Counted from the stretch's first letter, positions 21,980 through 33,211 are shown. The stretch: 64,000 nt of DNA from a bacterium (GCA_965202625.1 CBDBBI010000010.1:1216001-1280000), one strand, 5' to 3'. A program made the numbers and translations. Notes: generated by a model not told the origin, from the sequence alone.

Positions 21980-24900
21980 AATGGACGGCTCCGGCGCCTA
22001 GCAACTCTCCGAGCTCCGCAGTCAGCTCCGAGGTCGGGGCCACCACGTATTCCGGGCCCGCCTCAATGCGCACCTCACGACCGGGAAATCGCAGCGTGAG
22101 GAGCACGGCGCAATTCCCCGGATGCCGGCTCAAGGCATCACGCAGACATTCGAGGCGATTGGGCGCGCAGCGCTCCGGCCCCAAATCGACCAACACCCTG
22201 CTCGCGCGCTTCAATTCCACGCCGGATAAAGGCTCGATGGCGCGCACCACCACCTGCACTCCGTCCTCGGCGGCCTCGGCGACGCCCTCGACGAGGACGG
22301 GCGCCTCGCTCTCCAGGATTTCGTGGCAATTCTCGAACACATCCGGAAACAAGGTCATCTCCGCCGTGCCCACCTGATCCTCGAGCACGAAATTCGCCAT
22401 GCGCCGGCCCGCGCGCGTCGTGCGCAGCCGCGAGGATCGGATGAGTCCCGCCATCTTGAGCTTGCGTCCGTTCGAGGCGTCGGCGAGCCCCAAGGTGTCG
22501 ACGTTGGCGAAGCGGCCGATGACCTCCGCGTGATCGTCAAGCGGATGGCCCGAGACGTAAAAGCCCAGCACCTCGCGCTCGTTGGCGAGACGCTCGCCGT
22601 CCTCCCACTCCGCCACCTCCGGGAAGTGAAGCGCGGCTTTGGGCGCGTCCTCCCCCTTGAACAGGGAACCCTGCCCCACGGCGACGCTTTTTTGCTCCCG
22701 CACCGCAGCTTCAAGCACGATGTCCAGAGAAGCCATCGCCTGCGCGCGCCCCACCCCCAGGGAATCAAATGCGGCCGCCTTGATGAGGCTCTCCATCGCC
22801 CGCCTGTTCAGGTTTCGATACTCCACCCGCCTGCAAAAATCCTCCAGATTCTCGAACGGCTCCTCCTCGCTTCGGCTGGCGAGAACGGCGTCCACCAGCG
22901 CCTCGCCCACGTTTTTCACCGCCGCCAGGCCAAAGCGGATGGCGTCCTCCTCCACCGTAAAATCCTTCTGGCTGGCGTTCACGTCCGGAGGGAGCATGGA
23001 AATCCCCATGCTCCGGCACTCGGCGATGTCCTTGATCACCTTGTCGGCACTCTCCCTGTCGCACGTGAGAAGCGCCGACATGAACTCGCGCGGGTGGTGC
23101 GCTTTCATATAGGCCGTGCGGTAGGCCACCAGGGCGTAGGCCGCGCTGTGGCTCTTGTTGAACCCGTAGCCGGCGAACTGCTGAATCTGATCCCACAGGC
23201 GCTCGACCTTCCCCCGCTCATGCCCTCGCGCGACGGCCCCCTCGACGAAGTCGGAGCGCTGCTCCGCCATGAGCTCCGGGCTTTTCTTGCCCATCGCCTT
23301 GCGCAGCACGTCCGCCCGCCCCAGAGAGAAGCCGGAGAGCGCGCTCGAGATCTGCATGACCTGCTCCTGATACACCATGACGCCGTAGGTACTCTCGAGT
23401 ATGGGACGCAGCGCGTCAAAGAAATAATCAATTTCGGCGCGCCCGTGCTTCCTGTTGATGAAAGCGTCCACCATGCCGCTCTCCAACGGGCCGGGCCGGT
23501 AGAGTGCGACCATGGCGATCAAGTCCTCAAACGTGGAGGGGAGGAGCTTTCGGAGGTACTCGCGAATCCCCCGGCTCTCCAGCTGAAAGATGCCGGTCGT
23601 CTTGCCTTCGGCGATCAGACGATAGGTCGTCTCGTCACTGAGGTCCAGCGTCTCCAGGTCAAGGTCCACGCCCGTCTCGCACACGAGGTTCACCGCGCGC
23701 TCGAGCACCGTCAGCGTCTTGAGACCCAGAAAATCCATCTTGAGAATGCCGAGTTCCTCGATGTCCTTCATGTCGAACTGGGTCATCACCTCGCCGCCCG
23801 ACGCCCGGTAGAGCGGCACGAAGTCTGTGAGCTTCGAGGGCGCGATGACCACGCCCGCCGCGTGCGTTCCCGCGTGGCGGATGTTGCCCTCCAGCTTTCT
23901 GGCCGTGTCCATCAACTTGCGCACATTGGGGTCGCGCGCCACGGTGTCGTTCAGACGCGGCTCCTTCCGCATCGCGTCGTCCAGGGTGATCTTGAGTTCG
24001 TTGGGCACCAGTTTGGCGATGCGGTCCACCTCGCCGTAGGGTATGTCCATGACCCGGCCAACGTCGCGCAAGACGCCCTTCGCCAACATGCTTCCGAAGG
24101 TGATGATCTGGCACACGTTCTCGCGCCCGTATTTATCCTGCACGTAGCGGATGACCTCGTCGCGCCGCTCCATGCAGAAATCAATGTCCACGTCCGGCGG
24201 GCTGATGCGATCGGGATTCAGGAAGCGCTCGAAGAGGAGGGAGTATTTCAGGGGGTCAATGCCTGTGATGCCCAGCGCGTAGGCGGCCAAGCTCCCCGCC
24301 GCTGAACCCCGGCCCGGCCCTACGGGAATGCCCTGCTCCTTGGCGTAGCGGATGAAGTCCGACACGATGAGGAAATAGCCCTCGTAATTCTGACCGCTGA
24401 TGACGTCGAGCTCCATCCGCAGCCGCTCCCGGTAGAGTGCGGCCTCGGCGCCCTCGACGCCCCCGCGCGCGAGCCTGCGCGCGAGCCCTTCCTCGGCGGT
24501 GCGCCTGAGGTATTCCTTCTTGTCGGCGCCGTCTGGAGTCTTGAAGTCTGGATAATGCGCCGCCCCGAAATCAAACTCGAAATCGCACTGCTCGGCGATG
24601 GCGAGCGTGTTGGCAAGCGCCCCGGGCGCCTCGCCGAGGAGCGCTTCCATCTCCCCGGTGTCCTTCATGTAGAATTCCTCGCTCTTGATCGACATGCGCT
24701 TGGGGTCGTTCAGGGTCTTGCCCGTCTGAATGCAGATGAGCACCTCCTGCGCGCTGTGATCTCCCTTGTCCAGGTAATGCACGTCGTTGGTGGCGACGAG
24801 GGGCAGATCCATCTCCTTGGCCAAGGCGATGACCTGGGGGATGACCCGCTTGTCCTCCTCCATGCCGTGATCCTGGAGCTCGAGGTAATAGCGTTCCGGA

Positions 24901-25403
24901 AAAAGCTCCTTGTAGAACCCGGCCGCCTCGCGCGCCGCCGCCTCCCGACCGTGCAGGAGATGGTCGTTCACCTCGCCGCGCAGACAGGCGGAGGTGCAGA
25001 TGAGGCCCTCGGCGTGCGAAACGAGAAGCTCCCGGTCAATTCTCGGAAAGTAATACATACCCTCGGTGAAGCCCCGCGTGACGAGCTCGCACAGATTGTT
25101 GTAGCCCGTCTGGTTCTGGGCGAGCAGCAGCATGTGATAGGCCCGTCCCCCGCCGTTCGTCCCGCCCTTGTCGAAGCGGCTGCCGGGGGCGACGTATACC
25201 TCGCAGCCGATGATGGGCTTGACGCCGGCTTTTCTCGCCGCCTCGTAGAACTTCACCGCGCCAAACATGTTTCCATGGTCGGTGAGCGCGACGGCGGGCT
25301 GCCCGAATTCGGCGGCCCGCCTCACCAGATCGTCAATTCGCGTGGCGCCGTCGAGAAGGCTGTATTGAGAGTGCAGGTGCAGATGAACGAATTCGGCCGG
25401 CAT
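21972..25403 (-). CDS. dnaE: DNA polymerase III alpha subunit
   Basis: PHP domain HLHLHSQYSLLDG, GRGSAAGS, PDVDIDF, KMDFLGL, FNKSHS, C-terminal OB fold. No intein. Confidence 0.99.
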   Translation of the reverse strand: MPAEFVHLHLHSQYSLLDGATRIDDLVRRAAEFGQPAVALTDHGNMFGAVKFYEAARKAGVKPIIGCEVYVAPGSRFDKGGTNGGGRAYHMLLLAQNQTGYNNLCELVTRGFTEGMYYFPRIDRELLVSHAEGLICTSACLRGEVNDHLLHGREAAAREAAGFYKELFPERYYLELQDHGMEEDKRVIPQVIALAKEMDLPLVATNDVHYLDKGDHSAQEVLICIQTGKTLNDPKRMSIKSEEFYMKDTGEMEALLGEAPGALANTLAIAEQCDFEFDFGAAHYPDFKTPDGADKKEYLRRTAEEGLARRLARGGVEGAEAALYRERLRMELDVISGQNYEGYFLIVSDFIRYAKEQGIPVGPGRGSAAGSLAAYALGITGIDPLKYSLLFERFLNPDRISPPDVDIDFCMERRDEVIRYVQDKYGRENVCQIITFGSMLAKGVLRDVGRVMDIPYGEVDRIAKLVPNELKITLDDAMRKEPRLNDTVARDPNVRKLMDTARKLEGNIRHAGTHAAGVVIAPSKLTDFVPLYRASGGEVMTQFDMKDIEELGILKMDFLGLKTLTVLERAVNLVCETGVDLDLETLDLSDETTYRLIAEGKTTGIFQLESRGIREYLRKLLPSTFEDLIAMVALYRPGPLESGMVDAFINRKHGRAEIDYFFDALRPILESTYGVMVYQEQVMQISSALSGFSLGRADVLRKAMGKKSPELMAEQRSDFVEGAVARGHERGKVERLWDQIQQFAGYGFNKSHSAAYALVAYRTAYMKAHHPREFMSALLTCDRESADKVIKDIAECRSMGISMLPPDVNASQKDFTVEEDAIRFGLAAVKNVGEALVDAVLASRSEEEPFENLEDFCRRVEYRNLNRRAMESLIKAAAFDSLGVGRAQAMASLDIVLEAAVREQKSVAVGQGSLFKGEDAPKAALHFPEVAEWEDGERLANEREVLGFYVSGHPLDDHAEVIGRFANVDTLGLADASNGRKLKMAGLIRSSRLRTTRAGRRMANFVLEDQVGTAEMTLFPDVFENCHEILESEAPVLVEGVAEAAEDGVQVVVRAIEPLSGVELKRASRVLVDLGPERCAPNRLECLRDALSRHPGNCAVLLTLRFPGREVRIEAGPEYVVAPTSELTAELGELLGAGAVHFE

Positions 25404-25553
25404 GACGACTCCTGTTCCCTGGGCTTGGTATTTTATGGCTTCACCGCTTTATAAACTGGCAATGCGAGGAGTTGCGCTCCATGCCCTCTCCGCACATCCT
25501 ACAAGAACGAGAAGGGCGATGAGAAATGGACAGGGACGCGCGCATCATGCAAT

Positions 25554-25607
25554 TCACTCTCGCTCAATCGCGGGCGGCGTCCTGGAGAAGACGTCATACG
25601 CCGCGCG
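25554..25607 (-). repeat. Degenerate displaced copy of the guaA 3' end (attR-like island boundary)
   Basis: Ungapped hand alignment to 29642-29695 gives 42/54 identical nt. Translates RAAYDVFSRTPPAIERE* versus Gua[18 protein letters not shown]. Confidence 0.85.
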
Positions 25608-25608
25608 C

Positions 25609-26130
25609 CTAGTTGTGGAAACCCCTGAATTCCACGACGTCTTGAACGAGATTTCCCCTGTAGCGCAAGTTCTCATGCAAATTCGTATTCAGCACGACCC
25701 TTATCTTCAGATTTCCCTTTGGCAAGTTATCCATAAAATGCGAACTGCCATAGAGTCTCGTTATCTTCTTCCCGTTGACGTAGAGGTGCGCGTGTCCCTC
25801 CTTGATCCTGGAAGTCTTGTTGACCTCCTCGGGCGCGAATCGGAAATTTTCCAGATCGAGAAACAAATTGAGCGCACCTCTGGAGTGGGCGTCTCTCTCC
25901 AGGCGTATCTTCACGCTCGGCGGGTTCTCGTAGTCGGCGGGAATCACCTTCACGGTATGCTTCATCCCGCCGGCGCGGGGCTCGTGCATCCCATGCCCAT
26001 GTTCTTTCTTGTCGCGGTTCTGGGCGAACAGCGCATCACCACGGGGACTCGCTACCAGAAGAAGCGAGGCCAGGAAAAAGGACGAAACCACGATGATCCA
26101 GGGCTTCCCCGCGCGATATATCTTCTTCAT
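25609..26130 (-). CDS. Exported His/Met-rich hypothetical protein (possible metal-binding)
   Basis: Signal peptide, EHGHGMHE, GHAHLYVNGKKITRLYG, NTNLHE. Confidence 0.7.
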   Translation of the reverse strand: MKKIYRAGKPWIIVVSSFFLASLLLVASPRGDALFAQNRDKKEHGHGMHEPRAGGMKHTVKVIPADYENPPSVKIRLERDAHSRGALNLFLDLENFRFAPEEVNKTSRIKEGHAHLYVNGKKITRLYGSSHFMDNLPKGNLKIRVVLNTNLHENLRYRGNLVQDVVEFRGFHN

Positions 26131-26351
26131 CGTTCATCTCCCCCATCGCTCTTCAGACGCGGCGGCGCGCCTCGGAGCCAAAATTCCGCGCAACGCGCTG
26201 TTTTCAAGCATCAAGCCTGTGCCCGCGCAACAACTTTTTGCTTTCGTCTCTTAACGGAGTTCGCAACCTCTTCGTCGCCCTATCGTCTTTCCCTGTCATT
26301 TGGGAATGGACGTTTTCGCTCCCGCTGCCTTGTGAAAACCGGAGAGAAAAG

Positions 26352-27053
26352 ATGCGCAAATTTCCGCTCCTCATTATTATCGCCTTCCTCTGGGGATGTA
26401 AAACTTCATCCGTCACGTTCTTCGATACGGGCAATAGAGCGACCTATAAAGACGAGGACTGGAACACGGCGTTCTACGAGAACTGCGACGTTCCGAAATC
26501 CTCCATCAAATGGGTGCAAGAAGGCGATGAGAGGTTCTTGCGCTTCACGCTCAAAAACAAACAAATCGGAGGATGTCGCTCCGACGCTGCGGCCAGGCAT
26601 CGCGCGCCATACTGGGAACGCGCAGAGATAAAGCAGGCGAGCACCCTGAAAGACGATGCAGATTACGGGCTGACCTTCAGGATGAGGCTCGTAAAAGGAT
26701 TCACCCACGAGAGAGAAGCCTTTTTTCAAATGCACCAAAGCGTGAAAGGCTGCAGGGCGGGGCCTCCGCTCATGTTCAAGTTTCAAAACGGGCGTTTCAA
26801 GGGGAGCGTCCACGTCAATGACGTTATCGGGAAATGGGTGGATGTGAGAATGGAGTTCAACATCAAGAAATCGCGTTACGACCTGTATTTTGACGGCGGG
26901 AAAATCGTGGCCGATGGATACTTTTCCGTTGCGTCATGCGGAGAGCCGCATTTCAAATTCGGAATATATCGCCCCGGAGACAGGGGGGAGGTGGGAGAAA
27001 GGATATCCGTATTGGATATCGATAAAATCCAGCTGGTGGAAATGAAGAAATAA
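26352..27053 (+). CDS. Lipoprotein, polysaccharide lyase / heparin lyase I-like jelly-roll family
   Basis: MRKFPLLIIIAFLWGC lipobox; ERAEI, FFQMHQ and HFKFGIYR motifs typical of beta-jelly-roll lyases. Confidence 0.72.
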   Translation: MRKFPLLIIIAFLWGCKTSSVTFFDTGNRATYKDEDWNTAFYENCDVPKSSIKWVQEGDERFLRFTLKNKQIGGCRSDAAARHRAPYWERAEIKQASTLKDDADYGLTFRMRLVKGFTHEREAFFQMHQSVKGCRAGPPLMFKFQNGRFKGSVHVNDVIGKWVDVRMEFNIKKSRYDLYFDGGKIVADGYFSVASCGEPHFKFGIYRPGDRGEVGERISVLDIDKIQLVEMKK

Positions 27054-27259
27054 AAGTCTTCGCGCAAGCGATGAGTTTCGTCCGCCGCTTACTCCCACGC
27101 AATGGCAACGTTGATTTTTCTCGCTTATCATCCATTCGTCATGGAACGCCCTCCGCACTGCCTTCCGCTCTGCTTCTCGCCGCGCAATCGGCCACATGGC
27201 AATCGTGTTATGAGGCCGTTCACGCCAAACAGAATAAGAAGTTCAAAATTTCTTACACA

Positions 27260-28609
27260 TCATTGATGGAAAAAACATAAACAGTACCAAAGAGATCTTT
27301 CATAAATATTGGGTTCGCGCACGAAGCGGAGGTGACTACCTATTTCAGCGTTTTTCCAGTGCGCATATCTTGGTCCCCTCAAAAGCCTATGCAGCAGGTT
27401 ATGCTCAAGGGTGATTTGCAAATATTTCGAGGAGAAGGGGATGAACGAATCATCTTCTGCGTCCATAAACCTGGGAGGTTTTTCTATTCCCATTGAAAAG
27501 CGTATATCGGGAGTCTGAATAACAACATCCGTATGCGTCCTGTAGCGAAGTTCGTTCGCTTTATCTCTGAAGCGCTCCCACGCAGAGGAAACCAGGGCTT
27601 CAAGCGCGCTATCGTCCCACCTGTCTTCGTCAAATATAAAGTCTTTACTTTCGATGTATTCGACATACTCTTCGTAACTTACATCACGCTTCTTGTCGCT
27701 CCCTAATTTTGCATGCGCATTGACGTCGTAAACGTCCAGCTGCTCAAGAAGCACTCCCTCTGCACCAGATTCGGTGTTTTCCGCGATATAGTCTATCGCG
27801 TATTGCATCGACGGAATTCCTAGATACTTCGTCAACCCGGAGAGCCTCGACCCTAGAATATATATGCCGGCAAAAGGTATGAAGGTTTTCGGTTTCAGGA
27901 GGTCAAGATACCTTAGAGCTTCTTCCAGAAACTGTTTTTCTTTCGCTTTCGCCGCCTCCAGTTTGTCCTGTTCCGTTGGAAACGTGAAACATTGGGGATA
28001 TGGCCCAGCACCAGCATAGGCCACCAGCAAAACATCAATTGCTTTTTGAACGATTCCATTCTCTCTCAACGTTGTCTCAGCGAGGTCCAATGGACAATCA
28101 TTCGTGTTGAGAATGGTCCGATCGTTACATTGAAACAACGCCAGCGTATCTATCTGCGTGGACCCGAATTTTTTCTCCAAAACGCCGCATCCGAAAAACT
28201 TTCCGCAGAGTTCCGGATTGCAATTGTCCGCCGCGTATATTGTGATTGATGCGCCATTTTCAAAAATATAAGGGGCTGCGTTATCGCATTCGACAACTTC
28301 AAAGCCGAGATTTTCAATGTTGCGTTTCAAGAACTTGGAATCGTAATTATGGATCAAAACCGGCACTTTTCTAGGCAATACCTTAAAAGTGTCCTCACTC
28401 AAATGGTCCGGATGGATGTGGCTCACATAGATATAGTCATAGTCAAGGCGCGAAATTTCATCAAACTCGAAGGGTGGATAATGATACCAGCTCCCGTAAT
28501 ATTCTCCCTCGGTTAACCACGGGTCGGTAAGAATTTTTACATCCCCGAGACGAATTATTTGAGTTGCGCTTTGGAGATGCGTTATCGTTACGCTGTCTTT
28601 TAGTCTCAT
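27260..28609 (-). CDS. Metallo-beta-lactamase-fold protein (UlaG / CMP-Neu5Ac-hydroxylase-like, no Rieske domain)
   Basis: ILTDPWL, YYGSW, YVSHIHPDH, NTNDC. AT-richer. Confidence 0.82.
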   Translation of the reverse strand: MRLKDSVTITHLQSATQIIRLGDVKILTDPWLTEGEYYGSWYHYPPFEFDEISRLDYDYIYVSHIHPDHLSEDTFKVLPRKVPVLIHNYDSKFLKRNIENLGFEVVECDNAAPYIFENGASITIYAADNCNPELCGKFFGCGVLEKKFGSTQIDTLALFQCNDRTILNTNDCPLDLAETTLRENGIVQKAIDVLLVAYAGAGPYPQCFTFPTEQDKLEAAKAKEKQFLEEALRYLDLLKPKTFIPFAGIYILGSRLSGLTKYLGIPSMQYAIDYIAENTESGAEGVLLEQLDVYDVNAHAKLGSDKKRDVSYEEYVEYIESKDFIFDEDRWDDSALEALVSSAWERFRDKANELRYRTHTDVVIQTPDIRFSMGIEKPPRFMDAEDDSFIPFSSKYLQITLEHNLLHRLLRGPRYAHWKNAEIGSHLRFVREPNIYERSLWYCLCFFHQ

Positions 28610-28761
28610 AAGGAGTTCGGAGTTCGGAGTTCGGAGTTCGGAGTTCGGAGTTCGGAGTTCGGAGTTCGGAGTTCGGAGTTCGGAGTTCGGAGTTCGGAGT
28701 TCGGAGTTCGGAATGATAATTTAGCATCTTTGTTCGAATATTTCAACATGAATGATTTCAT
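28606..28761 (-). CDS. Putative leader ORF running through the heptamer tract; stop overlaps the MBL start (ATGA)
   Basis: GAGGAG at 28764-28769, in-frame ATGs at 28761 and 28749, TGA at 28606-28608 overlapping ATG at 28607-28609. SD spacing is suboptimal. Confidence 0.45.
   Translation of the reverse strand: MKSFMLKYSNKDAKLSFRTPNSELRTPNSELRTPNSELRTPNSELRTPNSL
28612..28712. repeat. Perfect heptanucleotide tandem repeat (GGAGTTC)14+GGA, i.e. (GAACTCC)n on the coding strand
   Basis: Counted directly: 14 perfect units at 28612-28709 plus 3 nt. The tract ends 2 nt before the MBL ATG. Confidence 0.98.
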
Positions 28762-28803
28762 ATCTCCTCGCTTCAGCCGCTTTTGTGCTGCGGACAAGAG
28801 AAC

Positions 28804-29466
28804 TCAGCAATCAAAGGTTCCCGCTACCTCCACCCTTCCAGAACCATCCGGGAATTTCTGAAAAAAACCTTCCACCAACTCATCAATCACCTGGTTCATC
28901 TGCGAGCAAGGCCCCGAACTGCGCAGGCGCCCCTCATACACCTTTTTTCGTGTTTTTCTCTCCACAATATCTATGGCGATATTTCGCCCGAATATTTCGG
29001 AAGTTACGGTGCTCGTTCTGCTGCCGACGACGCCGAACGTCGGCATTGAATAGCTTGTCCCACTATAACGCCCATAACCACGGCCGTAAACAGTTCCGGA
29101 ATGATACGTCGTGCCGCCGCCCGTAGAACCGTAAACAGGCATGCTAACGATATCCTTTGCAATTTTTCCGCCATCCACCCCGTAGGAAACAAACGCCACG
29201 TAGTCTGCGGAATCATCAATCGTCGCCACTGTGAAACCCGCCTTCCTGAAGCCGTTTTCAAACTTTGGTCGATAAGATTTCCATTCGAGAGTCTTGTTTT
29301 TTTCTTCGGGATGTGCCAGAAGGTGAATTGTCTTTCCAGCAAATTTCTTGGGAAGTTCAGAAAACGACGAAACATTCGCCGCCACACTCGGTCCCGCTAT
29401 ATCCGTCACTCCCTGACACCCGGCGGTGCCCACCGCTATCATTGCCAGCATCATGAATTTTTTCAT
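28804..29466 (-). CDS. Lipoprotein, DUF4136-like
   Basis: MKKFMMLAMIAVGTAGC lipobox, ADYVAFVSYG, Gly/Tyr/Thr-rich middle, IDIVERK..KVYEG. Confidence 0.7.
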   Translation of the reverse strand: MKKFMMLAMIAVGTAGCQGVTDIAGPSVAANVSSFSELPKKFAGKTIHLLAHPEEKNKTLEWKSYRPKFENGFRKAGFTVATIDDSADYVAFVSYGVDGGKIAKDIVSMPVYGSTGGGTTYHSGTVYGRGYGRYSGTSYSMPTFGVVGSRTSTVTSEIFGRNIAIDIVERKTRKKVYEGRLRSSGPCSQMNQVIDELVEGFFQKFPDGSGRVEVAGTFDC

Positions 29467-29641
29467 CTTTCCCTCACCGTTCATTGCGCAAAGCTGAAGC
29501 ATTTCAGGCACGCCTCACTATGCTGGTCTCTCGTTCTCCCAATCAGAATACACAAAGAGCATAAAACCGCGCACTGCGCGATACAAACTCTCATTCCGAT
29601 CGTGGGTTGGCGTTGCCCTGCGCAATGATTTACACAAAAAA

Positions 29642-31174
29642 CTACTCCCACTCAATCGTGCCCGGCGGCTTGGAGGAGACGTCATACACCACGCGGTTCA
29701 CGCCGCGCACCTCATTGATGATGCGCGATGAGGTTTCTGCGAGCAAATCCGGCGGAAGCCTGGCCCAGTCCGCCGTCATTCCGTCCTCGCTGGTGACCGC
29801 ACGCAGGGCGAGGGCGTTCTCATAAGTTCTCGCGTCGCCCATCACGCCCACGGTGCGGACGGGCAGCAAGACGGCGAACGCCTGCCAGACTTTGTCGTAG
29901 TAATCATGTCTTTTAAGCGTCTCGATGAAGATGGCGTCCGCCTCCTGAAGGGTCGCCACCCGACCTTCCGTCACCTCGCCCAGAATGCGCACGGCGAGGC
30001 CGGGCCCCGGAAACGGATGCCGCCAGAGCATCTCCCGGGGCAGACCAAGGGCCGCTCCCGCCGCGCGCACCTCGTCCTTGAACAACTCGCGCAAGGGTTC
30101 GACGAGGGCGAGACGCATCCGCTCGGGAAGGCCGCCCACGTTGTGGTGGCTTTTTATCGTCGCCGAAGGTCCCTTGAACGAGACGCTCTCGATAACGTCG
30201 GGATACAGGGTTCCCTGGGCGAGGAACCCCACGTCGCCCAGCTTCCCCGCCTCGCGCTCGAAAACGCGGATGAAGGTCGCGCCGATGCGCTTTCTCTTCT
30301 CCTCGGGATCGACGACGCCGCGCAGAGCGTCCAGAAATTCCGCCCGCGCGTCCAGGTGCGCGAGGCGAAGCCTACCGCCAAAAATCGCCGCCACCTCCTC
30401 AGCCTCGTTTTTCCTGAGCAGTCCGTTGTCCACGAAGATGCAGGTGAGCCGCTCACCCACCGCCCGCTCGATGAGAATCGCCGCCACCGCAGAATCCACG
30501 CCGCCCGAGAGGCCGCACACCACGCGCCCCTCCCCGACCTGGCACCTGATGCGCTCCACCGCCTCCTCAACGAAAGAGCGCATCGTCCAGCCGCCCGCGC
30601 ATCCACAAACCGCGTGCACGAAATTGCCCAGAATCTCCTTCCCCCTCGGGGTGTGAGCGACTTCGGGGTGAAACTGGATGCCGTATCGTCGCTCATCGTC
30701 CGAGACCATGGCCGCCACCGGAGAGCCGTTGGAATGCGCGAGCGGCCTGTAGCCGGGCGGCGGCGACTCGATGGCGTCTCCGTGGCTCATCCAGACCGTC
30801 TCGACGCCCGGCGAGTCGGCGAAAACGCCCACCGCCTCGTCCACCACCAGCTCCGCGCGCCCGTATTCGCGCTTGCGATGGGGACCGACGCATCCGCCCA
30901 GAAGGTGGGTCATGAGCTGCATTCCGTAGCAGATGCCCAAGAGGGGGACGTCCAGGGCGAACAGGGCGGGGTCGAGCGTGGGCGCACCCTCCTCATAGAC
31001 GCTCATCGGTCCTCCCGAGAGGATGACGCCCCTGGTGTTCGCATCCACGAGCGCGCGCCAGTCGCAGACGCACGGGTGAATCTCACAATACACGCCGAGC
31101 TCGCGCACCCGCCGGGCGATGAGCTGCGTATATTGTGAGCCGAAATCAAGTATGAGTATCTGCTCGCGCGTCAT
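29642..31174 (-). CDS. guaA: GMP synthase (glutamine-hydrolysing)
   Basis: [51 protein letters not shown]. Confidence 0.99.
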   Translation of the reverse strand: MTREQILILDFGSQYTQLIARRVRELGVYCEIHPCVCDWRALVDANTRGVILSGGPMSVYEEGAPTLDPALFALDVPLLGICYGMQLMTHLLGGCVGPHRKREYGRAELVVDEAVGVFADSPGVETVWMSHGDAIESPPPGYRPLAHSNGSPVAAMVSDDERRYGIQFHPEVAHTPRGKEILGNFVHAVCGCAGGWTMRSFVEEAVERIRCQVGEGRVVCGLSGGVDSAVAAILIERAVGERLTCIFVDNGLLRKNEAEEVAAIFGGRLRLAHLDARAEFLDALRGVVDPEEKRKRIGATFIRVFEREAGKLGDVGFLAQGTLYPDVIESVSFKGPSATIKSHHNVGGLPERMRLALVEPLRELFKDEVRAAGAALGLPREMLWRHPFPGPGLAVRILGEVTEGRVATLQEADAIFIETLKRHDYYDKVWQAFAVLLPVRTVGVMGDARTYENALALRAVTSEDGMTADWARLPPDLLAETSSRIINEVRGVNRVVYDVSSKPPGTIEWE

Positions 31175-31434
31175 CTTTGGACGAGGCGAAAAGAATCGCC
31201 TCCCCTCCCCTGAAGCCGTCCCGTCGGCATCCTGCATTCCTCAACGCCTCGGGGCAATCCTGGGCGGAGAATCAGAAAACCCCGTCATTCCGCATCACCT
31301 GAGCGGAACCATCCAGCGCGCCTCTATGCAGGCCGAAACGATAGAATAGAGAAACTCCTCTCGCCAGCATCAGACGGCGAGGGGGCAGGACTGGCGAGCG
31401 CGGCGGACGGACCCCCTGCGAACGCGCGCCTCGG

Positions 31435-33078
<1,644 letters not shown>

Positions 33079-33182
33079 TCATCGGCGGCCGATGGCGTTC
33101 GCAAGAAGTGGAAAGGAAAAGGCGCCTCTCAAGGGATGGGCATGAGAAGCCCGCCTTGATGGACCATTCTTCTCGCCTCTCC

Positions 33183-33211
33183 AGTATCCTGCGCGCGCCC
33201 GAAGGCGTCAA
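33183..33211 (-). promoter_or_regulatory. Putative sigma70 promoter of guaBA
   Basis: TTGACG-17 nt-GATACT, overlapping a GCGCGCGCCC/GGGCGCGCGC inverted repeat. Confidence 0.55.

Larger units (their letters stand above)
25554..29695. mobile_element. Integrase-less genomic island remnant integrated at the guaA 3' end
   Basis: Bounded by the intact and displaced guaA 3' ends. Carries accessory, mostly AT-richer cargo on both strands. No integrase ORF seen. Confidence 0.75.

Noticed and set aside
2751-25403. Inteins in recA or dnaE
   Set aside because: Both proteins are normal length with continuous motifs and no splice-junction or LAGLIDADG signatures.
28612-28712. CRISPR array, or a real ELRTPNS repeat protein domain
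   Set aside because: The 7-bp units have no spacers and there are no cas genes. The same peptide appears in all three frames, so it is a DNA-level simple repeat.
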